Below, piece by piece: positions 48,393 to 57,707 of a stretch of DNA of 64,000 nucleotides. Position numbers and translations under genes: made by a program. Positions within the stretch are counted from its first letter, which is position 1. Each line of letters begins with the position of its first letter. The notes under the pieces were generated by a model. The model worked only from the letters and a program-made list of their open reading frames with translations. It was not told where the DNA came from and searched no databases. The DNA comes from an uncultured Azospirillum sp. (GTDB lineage: Bacteria; Pseudomonadota; Alphaproteobacteria; CACIAM-22H2), in NCBI GenBank assembly GCA_964416335.1, contig CAYQDN010000023.1:693-64692 (forward strand), read 5' to 3'.

Positions 48393-49861
48393 GCAAGAAG
48401 CCGTCCAACGTCCTCTTCATCCTGTCGGACGAGCATACGCGCGACGTCACGGGCTGCTACGGCCACCAAATCATCAAGACACCTAATCTTGATGCACTTG
48501 CCGCGCGCGGCACGAAGTTCTCGGCCGCCTACACGAACTGCCCGATCTGCGTGCCGGCGCGCGCCAGCCTGCAGACCGGAACCTACGTCGCCGAGAATGC
48601 GTGCTGGGACAACGCGCATCCCTACGATGGCTCGATCCGCAGCTGGGCGCACCGGATGAAGGCGGCCGGCCATTTCACGATGTCGATCGGCAAGCTGCAT
48701 TTCCGCTCGACGGAGGACGACAACGGCTTCTGCGAGGAAGTGATCCCGCTGCATGTCGTCGATGGACAGGGCGATCTGCTCGGCCTGATCCGGCGGCCCA
48801 AGTCCGCGACACGCGGCGGCATGCCCGATCTTGCCAAGGCCGCGGGGCCGGGCGAGTCCACCTATGCCAGGTATGATCGAAACATCCGCGACGGTGCGGT
48901 TGAATGGCTGACCAAGCACGCCAAGGCACAGGACAAGCCTTGGTGCCTGTTCGTGTCGTTCGTGAAGCCGCACTTCCCGCTGATCGCTCCGCCTGAGTTC
49001 TATGCAATGTATCCGCCCGAGAGTTTGCCGATGCCGCGCCTCTACGGGCCCGACGACTACCCCAAGCATCCGTCGGTCGCCGCCCTGCGCAGTTGCATGA
49101 GTTACGACGATTTCTTCACGCCCGAGAAGGTGCGCGTCGCGCTCGCTGCCTATTACGGTATGGTCAGCTTCCTCGACGACAATATCGGAAGGGTACTGAA
49201 GGCACTTTCGAAGACTGGCCTTGCCGACACGACGCGCGTGATCTATTCGACCGACCATGGCGACAATCTCGGCACGCGTCACATGTGGGGCAAGTCGATC
49301 CACTACGAGGAATCGGCTGCGGTCCCGCTGATCGTCGCAGGGCCGGGCGTGCCGGCCGGCAAAACCTGTGCGACGCCGGTAACGCTGGTCGATATCTATC
49401 CGACGATCCTGGAGAGCGTCGGAATCGAACTTGATGCGGTCGAGAAGAAGCTCCCCGGTCGCTCGCTGGTCGAGCTTGCCAACTCACTGCCGGTCGATCG
49501 CGTCGCGTTCGGCGAATACCACGCCGCCGGCTCGATCACGGCGATGTACATGGTCCGCAAAGGGCGCTGGAAATACATCCATCATGTCGGGTTCCAGGCG
49601 GAGCTGTTCGACCTCGAGACCGATCCCGGCGAAACGAAGGATCTGGGCGAGAGCCCGACGCATCTCGACACGCTGAAGATGATGGAAGGCGAGCTACGCA
49701 AGATCGTCGATCCGGACGCCGTCAATGCACGCGCGTTCGCCGATCAGGAGGCGAAGATCGCGAAGTTCGGCGGCGTTGAAGCGCTGATCAAGCGCGGCGA
49801 TTTCGGCTATTCGCCGGCTCCCGGCGAGAAGCCCACCTTTGCAACCCGCATCGAGGCTTGA
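48389..49861 (+). CDS. Sulfatase (formylglycine-type), no signal peptide
   Basis: 490 aa. 'NVLFILSDEH' and sulfatase signature 'CVPARASLQTG' (C-x-P-x-R). ATGA overlap with DUF4432. Confidence 0.85.
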   Translation: MSKKPSNVLFILSDEHTRDVTGCYGHQIIKTPNLDALAARGTKFSAAYTNCPICVPARASLQTGTYVAENACWDNAHPYDGSIRSWAHRMKAAGHFTMSIGKLHFRSTEDDNGFCEEVIPLHVVDGQGDLLGLIRRPKSATRGGMPDLAKAAGPGESTYARYDRNIRDGAVEWLTKHAKAQDKPWCLFVSFVKPHFPLIAPPEFYAMYPPESLPMPRLYGPDDYPKHPSVAALRSCMSYDDFFTPEKVRVALAAYYGMVSFLDDNIGRVLKALSKTGLADTTRVIYSTDHGDNLGTRHMWGKSIHYEESAAVPLIVAGPGVPAGKTCATPVTLVDIYPTILESVGIELDAVEKKLPGRSLVELANSLPVDRVAFGEYHAAGSITAMYMVRKGRWKYIHHVGFQAELFDLETDPGETKDLGESPTHLDTLKMMEGELRKIVDPDAVNARAFADQEAKIAKFGGVEALIKRGDFGYSPAPGEKPTFATRIEA

Positions 49862-49867
49862 GTCCCG

Positions 49868-51397
49868 ATGATCCGCAAGCCGAACATTCTGCTCATTACT
49901 TCCGACCAGCAGCGGGGCGATTGCTACGGCTTCGAGGGCCGCAAGGTCCGTACGCCGCATCTCGACGCGATGGCGGGCGAAGGAACCCGCTTTTCCGCCT
50001 GCATCACGCCCAATGTCGTGTGCCAGCCGTCGCGTGCATCGATCCTGACCGGCCTGCTGCCGCGCACGCACGGCGTGTGGGATAACGGCATCGATCTCGA
50101 TACGGATATCGGCGAAGCCGGGTTCGCCGGTACCTTCGCAAAGGCGGGCTATCGCACCGGCTTCATCGGCAAGGCGCATTTCTCGACGTTCCACACTTTC
50201 AAGCCGTCGGGCCGGCCGGAATGCCGGTCGAGCTCGCAGGATTACGGCCCGGACTGGTCCGGTCCCTACATGGGCTTCCAGCATGTCGACATGATGATCG
50301 CTGGCCACAATATGTTCCTGCCGCAGAAGCCGCCGCAAGGTCTGCAGTACGAGGCCTGGTACCATAAGGGCGGGCGTGGCGAGATGCTGAACAAGCTGTT
50401 CTCGACCAAGTTGGCACCCGATGTGGGCGCGGCGCAGACTTGGAACTCGGCGCTGCCGCCGGCTTTCCACAATTCGACATGGATCGGCGACCGCACGATC
50501 GACTTCGTGCGCGAGAACAAGGATCGGCCATGGATCGCATGGGCGTCATTCCCGGATCCCCACCACCCGTTCGATGCGCCAGCACCTTGGTGCTACCTGC
50601 ACAATCCCGATGATGTCGATCTGCCGGCCCACCGAACGCTCGATCTCGACCGTCGGCCGTGGTGGCACAAGGCGAGCCTCGAAGGCGTGCCCAAGCTCGA
50701 CGATCCGGAACTGCAGGCATTCCGCGCCAGGCAATCGCGTACGCCCGCACAGAGCGATCTTCAGCTGCGGCACCTGATCGCGAACTATTACGGCATGATC
50801 TCGCTGATCGACCACAATGTCGGACGCATCATGTTGGCGCTCGAGCAATATGGAATCGATCGCGATACGCTGGTCGTCTACACGACCGATCACGGCGACT
50901 GGCTGGGCGACCACGGTCTCCTGCTGAAGGGGCCGATCCACTACGAGGGGCTGCTGCGCGTCGGTTTCATCGTGCGCGGTCCGGGTGTGCCCAAGGGCAA
51001 GATCGTGCCGCACCCGATCTCGACACTCGACCTTTCCTCGACCTTCTATGACTACGCGGCACTGTCGCCGAACCGCGATATCCATTCGCACAGCCTGCGC
51101 CCGCTAATCGAGGGCGAGGGGACGCGCGACTTCGCCTACAACGAATGGGATCTGCATCCGTCGCGCTGCGGCGTCGCGCTGAAGCTACGCACGGTGCGAA
51201 CGCGCACGCACAAGCTGACGCTCGAGCTCGATTCCGGCGCCGGCGAGCTCTACGACCTCGCCAACGATCCGACCGAGATGGATAATCGTTTCGGCGATCC
51301 GGCCGTCGCTCGAACCCAGCGCGAGCTGACCGACATGATTCGCAGCCGGCCGGCGGACGTGCGTGAGCCACCGCCGCAACCGATCGGTATGGCTTGA
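49868..51397 (+). CDS. Sulfatase (formylglycine-type), no signal peptide
   Basis: 509 aa. 'NILLITSDQQ' and signature 'CQPSRASILTG'. Confidence 0.85.
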   Translation: MIRKPNILLITSDQQRGDCYGFEGRKVRTPHLDAMAGEGTRFSACITPNVVCQPSRASILTGLLPRTHGVWDNGIDLDTDIGEAGFAGTFAKAGYRTGFIGKAHFSTFHTFKPSGRPECRSSSQDYGPDWSGPYMGFQHVDMMIAGHNMFLPQKPPQGLQYEAWYHKGGRGEMLNKLFSTKLAPDVGAAQTWNSALPPAFHNSTWIGDRTIDFVRENKDRPWIAWASFPDPHHPFDAPAPWCYLHNPDDVDLPAHRTLDLDRRPWWHKASLEGVPKLDDPELQAFRARQSRTPAQSDLQLRHLIANYYGMISLIDHNVGRIMLALEQYGIDRDTLVVYTTDHGDWLGDHGLLLKGPIHYEGLLRVGFIVRGPGVPKGKIVPHPISTLDLSSTFYDYAALSPNRDIHSHSLRPLIEGEGTRDFAYNEWDLHPSRCGVALKLRTVRTRTHKLTLELDSGAGELYDLANDPTEMDNRFGDPAVARTQRELTDMIRSRPADVREPPPQPIGMA

Positions 51398-51428
51398 AAA
51401 CGGTGTGCCGGAAAAGATTTGACGATCC

Positions 51429-51446
51429 TGTATAAATGTTTATACA
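51429..51446. promoter_or_regulatory. 18-bp palindrome TGTATAAA-TG-TTTATACA, candidate GntR/HutC operator overlapping a promoter
   Basis: 8-bp perfect arms. Sits between a TTGACG (51419-51424) and overlaps TATACA (51441-51446, 16-nt spacing). Lies 16 nt upstream of the GntR ATG. Confidence 0.5.
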
Positions 51447-51461
51447 TTTGAACAAACGACA

Positions 51462-52283
51462 ATGGATAATCCGATGAGCGATGCGGCAAGCGCACTGCGG
51501 CAGATCGAGACGGCGAGGCCCGCCGCAGGACCCTCCGGGCCGGGCTCCGTCGTTCTGGCGCCATTCGTGCGCGTCGCACGCATCCCGCTGCATCACCAGA
51601 TCCGCGAGGATCTGGTGCTCAATCTAAATTCCGGCCACTTCCAGCCGGGGGCAGAGCTGCCCGGTGAGGCGGCGCTTTGCGAGCATTTCGGCGCCAGCCG
51701 CGGAACGATCCGGCACGCGCTCGCCGATCTCGCGCGCGACGGCCTGATCGACCGGCAGGCCGGGCGGGGTTCGTTCCTGCGCCACCCGAAGATCGAGGGC
51801 AGTGTCGTCGGCTCCTACCGTCAGTTCCGCGTCGAGGGGCCGCCGCTCGATGCCGGCGGCAGCGTGCTGTCGCTGACGCGCCGCAAGGCGGACGCGAACG
51901 TGGCCGAACTCCTGGGGCTTTCGGGCGGCGACCGGTCGATCCATTTCCTGCGCCGCCTGCGCTTCGCGGCCGGCGTGCCGGTCACGCTGCAGGCGAGCTA
52001 TCTTCCTGTGGCGCTGTGCCCCGATCTGCAGAAGCACAATCTCGATGAACGCCACCTGATCGACATCCTGCTTGAGGAATACGGTGTGGCGATGACGCGC
52101 GCCGAAGAGCTGATCGAACCGGCGATCGCCGACGAGCATGACGCACGGCATCTGGGCATCAAGGCGGGGTCGCCGGTCTTCCAGATCGAACGGCGGACCT
52201 ATCTCGCGGACGGCCGAATCGGCGAGTTCCGGCGCGCCGTGATGCGCGGCGACGTCTACCGCTATCGCCTCGACCTCCGATGA
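51462..52283 (+). CDS. GntR-family regulator, HutC subfamily (wHTH + UTRA)
   Basis: wHTH 'LPGEAALCEHFGASRGTIRHALADLARDGLI'. UTRA-like C-terminus. Alternative ATG at 51474. Confidence 0.8.
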   Translation: MDNPMSDAASALRQIETARPAAGPSGPGSVVLAPFVRVARIPLHHQIREDLVLNLNSGHFQPGAELPGEAALCEHFGASRGTIRHALADLARDGLIDRQAGRGSFLRHPKIEGSVVGSYRQFRVEGPPLDAGGSVLSLTRRKADANVAELLGLSGGDRSIHFLRRLRFAAGVPVTLQASYLPVALCPDLQKHNLDERHLIDILLEEYGVAMTRAEELIEPAIADEHDARHLGIKAGSPVFQIERRTYLADGRIGEFRRAVMRGDVYRYRLDLR

Positions 52284-54424
52284 GCGGGCTTGCGATCGGC
52301 ATCGACTCGAGCGGGAAGGCGGGGTCCGCGTCTCTCGACGGCCCAAACCCTGTCGTCGCGGGCATGCGGGGGACCTGGACCGCGACGTTCAGAACCGGAC
52401 CCGCAGGGTTACCGGCCGGCAGCGCCGTCGCGTTCGTGCGCCGCTGGCCCAGCGACTGGGACATCTTGCAGTGCCACTCCCTCGATCAGCCCGGCTATAC
52501 GGTTCTCTCATTCAGCCATCCCATCCGATACCGTTGGCGCACCCGCCGCTCGATCGAATGGCATCCGTTCGACCACGTGGTCGAGATCGAGCTGCTTGAC
52601 GCGCTGCCGCCGCAAGCCAAGGCGACGATGCGCTTCGCTTCGCGGGCGCAGACCTTCATCGAGGAAGCTTCGCCGATGGCCGTGCGCGTGCGCGCAGGTT
52701 CGGGCGCATGGACGGAGATCGGGCAGCTTGTGGTCGAGGTGATGGGAGCGGCTGCACATCGCGGCGTGCTGGTCGCCCCCAGCGACGTCGCGCGTGGCGA
52801 AACGTTCGAACTTGCCTACCGCGTCGAGGACGAATGGGGGAATCCCGCTTCACTACCCGCGCGCCCCGTCATCGAGGGTGCGGCCGTCGAACCGTTGCCC
52901 GACCTCCCCGGCGTGCTGCGCTGGAACGCGCGCATCGACCGGGAAGGGATCGCGCGGCTTGCCGCAACCGGTGCGTTGCCGGCAACGCGGTCGAATCCGA
53001 TCCGCGTCCATGCAACCATGCCTGCGTGGCGCATCCGCTGGGGCGACATCCACGCGCAGTGCCTGATCGGTTGCGGTGCGCGGACCATCGACGCGTTCTT
53101 CCGCCATGCGCGCGATTTCGCGCGACTGGATTTCGCAAGCCATCAGGCGAACTGCTTCCTTGTCTCAGGTCCCGAATGGCAGGAGACCGAGGCAGTGACG
53201 GCGTGCCACGATCAACCGGGACGGTTCACGGCCCTGCTCGGGCTCGAATGGTCGGCCGACACGACCAAGGGTGGTGATCGAAACCTCTATTTCCCCGGTG
53301 ATACGACACCAATCACGCGGTGCAGCCACGAATATGTCGACGACAAATCGGACCTGTCCTCCGACTTGCCGCAGGCCGAGGACTTGCACGCAAAATACCG
53401 CGGCACGAAGACACTGATCGGCCTGCATGTCGGCGGGCGTACGACCGACCTGCGCCGCCATGATCCTTCGCTCGAACGCCTGATCGAGGTTCATTCGACG
53501 CACGCGACGTCGGAATGGTTCCTGTTCGAGGCGTTGGACCGCGGCTATCGGATGGGCGTCACGGCCGGCAGCGACGGTGTGGACGGCCGGCCGGGGACAA
53601 GCCACCCGGGCCATCAGGCGGTGCGCAACGTGCGTGGCGGGCTGGTCGCCGCGCCGTTGACGACGCTGACCCGCGAGGGTTTGTGGGAAGCACTGATGGC
53701 GCGCAACTGCTATGCCACGAACGGTGATCGGATTCGTCTGGAATTCTCGGCCGAAGGGCGGCCGATGGGCAGCGAGTTCAACGCGGACGCCCCGCCAATG
53801 CTGGCGATAGCAATCGAAGGCACGGGACCGCTCGAGAGCGTCGAGGTCTTCCGCGGCTCAAAGTCGATCCATTCGGTATCGCTTCTGCCGGCCAATCCGC
53901 CGTTGTCCGATCGCGTGCGCATCGCCTGGCGCGGCGCCACGGCACCCGGAAATTTCGCGCGCGCCCGCATGCGCTGGGATGGCAGTGCCACGCTGTCGGC
54001 CGGTTCCTTCGCCGACCCGGAGGGTTACGCTTTCGATACGCCGGATGAAGGACTTACGCTGATCGGACAGCGCCGGCTCGAATGGCGCTCGATGACTGGC
54101 GGCGATTGGGACGGAATTGTCGTGCGAATCGAAGCGCCCGACGATGCGGTCCTGACGGTGCAGACCGTGCAGATATCCGCAACCCTGCCGGTCGGCACGC
54201 TTGCGGTTGGGTCGACCCGGCTCGCCGACGACGTACCGCTGCGCGAACTCGAAATCCGTCGTCTGCCGATTGATCCGGGCCCATCGTCCTGGGCCGGCCA
54301 GTTCCGCGACCCGCAGGGTCTGCCCGGCTGGAACGCCTATTGGGTGCGCGTGCGTCAGTGGGACGGCGGCTATGCCTGGTCGAGCCCGATCTTCGTGCGT
54401 CTGCCGGGGGAGGCGAAGCGGTGA
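52280..54424 (+). CDS. Uncharacterised 714-aa protein with DUF3604/PHP-like metallohydrolase core
   Basis: ATGA overlap with the GntR stop and no signal peptide. About 250-aa N-terminal extension, then 'WGDIHAQ', 'LDFASHQAN', 'LGLEWSAD..GDRNLYF', 'IEVHSTHATSEW', 'GVTAGSDGVDGRPG', 'RNCYATNGDRI', and C-terminal 'YAWSSPIFV'. Confidence 0.5.
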   Translation: MSGLAIGIDSSGKAGSASLDGPNPVVAGMRGTWTATFRTGPAGLPAGSAVAFVRRWPSDWDILQCHSLDQPGYTVLSFSHPIRYRWRTRRSIEWHPFDHVVEIELLDALPPQAKATMRFASRAQTFIEEASPMAVRVRAGSGAWTEIGQLVVEVMGAAAHRGVLVAPSDVARGETFELAYRVEDEWGNPASLPARPVIEGAAVEPLPDLPGVLRWNARIDREGIARLAATGALPATRSNPIRVHATMPAWRIRWGDIHAQCLIGCGARTIDAFFRHARDFARLDFASHQANCFLVSGPEWQETEAVTACHDQPGRFTALLGLEWSADTTKGGDRNLYFPGDTTPITRCSHEYVDDKSDLSSDLPQAEDLHAKYRGTKTLIGLHVGGRTTDLRRHDPSLERLIEVHSTHATSEWFLFEALDRGYRMGVTAGSDGVDGRPGTSHPGHQAVRNVRGGLVAAPLTTLTREGLWEALMARNCYATNGDRIRLEFSAEGRPMGSEFNADAPPMLAIAIEGTGPLESVEVFRGSKSIHSVSLLPANPPLSDRVRIAWRGATAPGNFARARMRWDGSATLSAGSFADPEGYAFDTPDEGLTLIGQRRLEWRSMTGGDWDGIVVRIEAPDDAVLTVQTVQISATLPVGTLAVGSTRLADDVPLRELEIRRLPIDPGPSSWAGQFRDPQGLPGWNAYWVRVRQWDGGYAWSSPIFVRLPGEAKR

Positions 54425-55167
54425 TCGAGAAGAACATCAATCTCATAACGCCCGATGGCCGGATGCCGGTCTTCGTGGCGCACCCGGACGAGGACGGTCC
54501 GCATCCCGTCGTGCTTTTCTATATGGACGCGCTCGGCCTCCGCGAGGAACTGCGCGATATGGCACGACGCATCGCGTCGGCCGGTTACTACGCGATGCTG
54601 CCCAACTTGTTCTACCGTTGGGGCGGGCCCAGCTTCGATCCGCGACCGTTGGCTCAGGGGATTCTCGATCCGAAGATGATCGAGCTCAACGGCGTGCTGA
54701 ACATGGCGATGACCGCACGCGACACGGCAGCCCTGCTGGCGCACTCGGCGATGGATCCGGCGGCGCGGCGCCCTGCTGCTGCGGTCGGCTACTGCATGGG
54801 CGGGCGCCACGCGCTCGGTGCCGCGGCGACCCATGCGGGACAGGTCGTGGCCTTCGCATCGCTACATGGCGGGCGGCTCGTCAATGGCACGCCGGATTCC
54901 CCGCATCTGCAACTTGCGAAGACGGTGGCGGCGGAAGCCTATTTCGGCTGGGCCGACAACGATCCGACGGCACCGGCCGAGCACATGCACGCGATCGAGA
55001 CCGCCCTTGCCGCCCGCGGCGGACGTCATCGCCTCGAACTCCACAAGGGTGCGGAACACGGGTTCACGTTTCCGGAACGTCATTGCTACCGCAAGGAAGC
55101 AGCCGAACGCGTCTGGGCGCGCCTGTTCGCGCTGTTCCGCCGCAACCTCAACAAGACCGACGTCTAG
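54421..55167 (+). CDS. Dienelactone hydrolase family protein
   Basis: GTG 54421 (GTGA overlap). Nucleophile elbow 'GYCMGG' and C-terminal 'GAEHGF'. Confidence 0.8.
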   Translation: MIEKNINLITPDGRMPVFVAHPDEDGPHPVVLFYMDALGLREELRDMARRIASAGYYAMLPNLFYRWGGPSFDPRPLAQGILDPKMIELNGVLNMAMTARDTAALLAHSAMDPAARRPAAAVGYCMGGRHALGAAATHAGQVVAFASLHGGRLVNGTPDSPHLQLAKTVAAEAYFGWADNDPTAPAEHMHAIETALAARGGRHRLELHKGAEHGFTFPERHCYRKEAAERVWARLFALFRRNLNKTDV

Positions 55168-55183
55168 GGAAGGACGCACGAGG

Positions 55184-56158
55184 ATGACGACACGTTTCGC
55201 GATGATCGGATGCGGTGGGTTTTCGCGCCGGTACCATGTACCGACGCTGCTCGCCGATGCCGGCGTGAAGCTGGTCGGCATCTTCGACCCGTTCCCGGCA
55301 CCGGCGGTAACCGACCTTGCGGGAAGGGCGGGCGCCAAGATCGTGAAGAAGGTCGACGACCTGCCCGACGCAGACGCGGTCCTTGTCACCACGCCGCATA
55401 CGCTGCATGCCGAGCACGGCGACCATGCGCTGGCGCGCGGCTGGGCCACACTCGTCGACAAGCCGTTCGTGATGAAGGCCGTGGACGCGCGCCGCCTGAT
55501 CGCCGCCGCTTCGGCGAAGAAGCTTCTCAACGCCGTCGCCTTCAACCGCCGGCTCGATGCCGGCTGCAAGCGCGCGCGCGAGATCATCCGCAGCGGAGGC
55601 GTCGGCGCCGTGCGCTTCGTGCAGAGCATCCAGCTCGGTTACGAGAAGGCCGGCTGGTTCCTCGATCCCGCACTCGGCGGTGGCGGGGCCTATACCGGGC
55701 GCGGCACGCATATGGCCGATATCGTGCCATGGCTGATCGACAGCAGGCCCCTACAGGTGCGCAGCCGCCTTCGCGCGGGCCCTGCGGGGCGTACCGATCT
55801 CGGCGGCTTCATCGAGATCACGTTCCCCGGCATCGAATGCCAGCTCTCCTGTATCGAGGAAGGCTGGCACATGTGGGACGAGGTCCGCATTTTTGGCGAG
55901 GACGGCATGATCGAGCTGCGCCGACCGCTCAACATGCCGACCGGTTGGCATATGGTCTGGCAGAGCAGACGCGGGGCTGTCCGCGAAGAACTCGCCGCCG
56001 CCCCCAACGAAGGCATGGTAACGGCCGAGTTCCTCGCCGCACTTCGCACCGGTTCGCCCGTTTCGTGCAGCTTTGCCGATGCGCTGCTGTCGGTGCAGAT
56101 CGTCGAGGCGGCGTTTGAATCCGCGGCGTCCGGTTCCAAGACCATATCCATCACCTGA
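55184..56158 (+). CDS. Gfo/Idh/MocA-family oxidoreductase
   Basis: 324 aa. 'FAMIGCGGFSRRYH' Rossmann motif and 'LVDKPF'. Confidence 0.8.
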   Translation: MTTRFAMIGCGGFSRRYHVPTLLADAGVKLVGIFDPFPAPAVTDLAGRAGAKIVKKVDDLPDADAVLVTTPHTLHAEHGDHALARGWATLVDKPFVMKAVDARRLIAAASAKKLLNAVAFNRRLDAGCKRAREIIRSGGVGAVRFVQSIQLGYEKAGWFLDPALGGGGAYTGRGTHMADIVPWLIDSRPLQVRSRLRAGPAGRTDLGGFIEITFPGIECQLSCIEEGWHMWDEVRIFGEDGMIELRRPLNMPTGWHMVWQSRRGAVREELAAAPNEGMVTAEFLAALRTGSPVSCSFADALLSVQIVEAAFESAASGSKTISIT

Positions 56159-56169
56159 CTAGGCGGGAC

Positions 56170-56919
56170 ATGACGGCTGCGATCCAAATCGGCGGACTGG
56201 CGAAGAGCTTCGCGAACGATTCGGGCCCGCCGGTGCTCGGTGCGGTGGACCTGTCGATTGCCGAGAACGAGTTCGTCGTGCTGCTTGGCCGCAGCGGCTG
56301 TGGCAAGACGACGTTGCTCAACATCGTTGCCGGTCTCGAGCGGCCGAGTGCCGGCAGCGTACGCGTCGACGGTGTCCCCGTGACCGGGCCGGGTGCTGGC
56401 AAGGGGATGGTCTTCCAGCAAGGTGCCCTGTTCCCGTGGCTGACCGCGCGGCGTAACATCGAGTTCGCGGCACTCAACCGTGGCGTAGCGGCCGATGCGG
56501 CGGCGAGCCTTGCCGACGAGTTGCTGGCGCTGGTCGGGCTTGCTGGCTCGGCGCACAAATACCCCTTCGAGCTTTCCGGTGGCATGCAGCAGCGCGTGGC
56601 GATCGCGCGGGCTCTGGCACTCGATCCCAAGATCCTGCTGATGGACGAACCGTTCGGAGCACTCGACGAGATCACGCGCAACGAGATGCAGGACGAGCTG
56701 CTGCGCGTCTGGCAGCAGCGGCGCAAAACCGTGGTCTTCGTCACGCATTCGATTTGGGAAGGGCTGATCCTCGCCGATCGCGTACTCGTCATGGCACCGC
56801 GCCCCGGCCGCTTCGTATTGGAGCGGCGTATCGGCCTTCCGCGCCCGCGTCGGCGCAGCGACCCCACGCTCGTCGCTCTCTACGACGAGATATGGGCCTG
56901 CCTGCGAGGCGCGCCGTGA
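56170..56919 (+). CDS. ABC transporter ATP-binding protein (NitT/TauT family)
   Basis: 'GRSGCGKTT', '[15 protein letters not shown]', 'LLMDEPFGALD'. Confidence 0.9.
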   Translation: MTAAIQIGGLAKSFANDSGPPVLGAVDLSIAENEFVVLLGRSGCGKTTLLNIVAGLERPSAGSVRVDGVPVTGPGAGKGMVFQQGALFPWLTARRNIEFAALNRGVAADAAASLADELLALVGLAGSAHKYPFELSGGMQQRVAIARALALDPKILLMDEPFGALDEITRNEMQDELLRVWQQRRKTVVFVTHSIWEGLILADRVLVMAPRPGRFVLERRIGLPRPRRRSDPTLVALYDEIWACLRGAP

Positions 56920-57707
56920 GACGTCGGCAGGCCGAATGGCTTGTCCCGCTCGGCGTGCTGGCGCTTTTCCTGGCGCTTTGGGAATTCGCCGTGCTGGCCG
57001 GCTGGCTGCGGCCGATCCAGTTCCCGCCGCCGACCAAGCTCGCGCGCACAGCGTTCGATCTCGCCTTCGACGGATTTCCGGAAGGCATCACACTGTGGGT
57101 CCATGCCGGTATCACGATCCAGCGCATCCTTGCGGGCCACACCCTTGCCGTGGCGCTTGCCGTGCCGCTCGGCCTTCTGATCGCCACTCGGCCGCTTCTC
57201 GACCGGATGACGGCCCCGGTCGTTGCCTTCTGCCGCTCGGTCGCCACGCTGAGCCTGCTGCCGCTCGCCATCGTCTGGTTCGGGACGGGCGAAGGCGCCA
57301 AGATATTCCTGATCGGCTATGGCTGCTTCTGGGTCATGCTGTCGGCGACGATCGCGGCGGTGAAGCTTGTCGACCCCGTCCTTGTCCGCGCGGCACGCAC
57401 GATGGATGCCGACGCGTCGACGATTTTTCGCAAAGTGATCCTGCCGGCGTCGTTGCCGCGCCTGCTTTCGGGTGCGCGCGTGGCACTGGGCGTGGGTTTC
57501 ATGGTCATCGTCGGCGCCGAGATGATCGGCACGATCCGAGGTCTCGGCTCGCTGATCATGGAGGCGCGCACGTTCTATCGCACCGACATCACCATGGTCG
57601 GGATGCTGTGCATCGGCGCCTTTGGCCTCGGCGTAACCTTCGTGCTGGTACGCATCGAGGCATGGCTCGTGCCGTGGCAGGCGAAGCAGGAGGCCCAGCA
57701 GCAATGA
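56916..57707 (+). CDS. ABC transporter permease (NitT/TauT family)
   Basis: GTG 56916 (GTGA overlap). Polytopic. Confidence 0.8.
   Translation: MRRRQAEWLVPLGVLALFLALWEFAVLAGWLRPIQFPPPTKLARTAFDLAFDGFPEGITLWVHAGITIQRILAGHTLAVALAVPLGLLIATRPLLDRMTAPVVAFCRSVATLSLLPLAIVWFGTGEGAKIFLIGYGCFWVMLSATIAAVKLVDPVLVRAARTMDADASTIFRKVILPASLPRLLSGARVALGVGFMVIVGAEMIGTIRGLGSLIMEARTFYRTDITMVGMLCIGAFGLGVTFVLVRIEAWLVPWQAKQEAQQQ

Noticed and set aside
48389-51397. Considered whether the two sulfatases are periplasmic or secreted, as in polysaccharide utilisation loci.
   Set aside because: Both N-termini go straight into the catalytic 'LFILSDEH' / 'LLITSDQQ' strand with no hydrophobic or twin-arginine leader. I therefore treat them as cytoplasmic.
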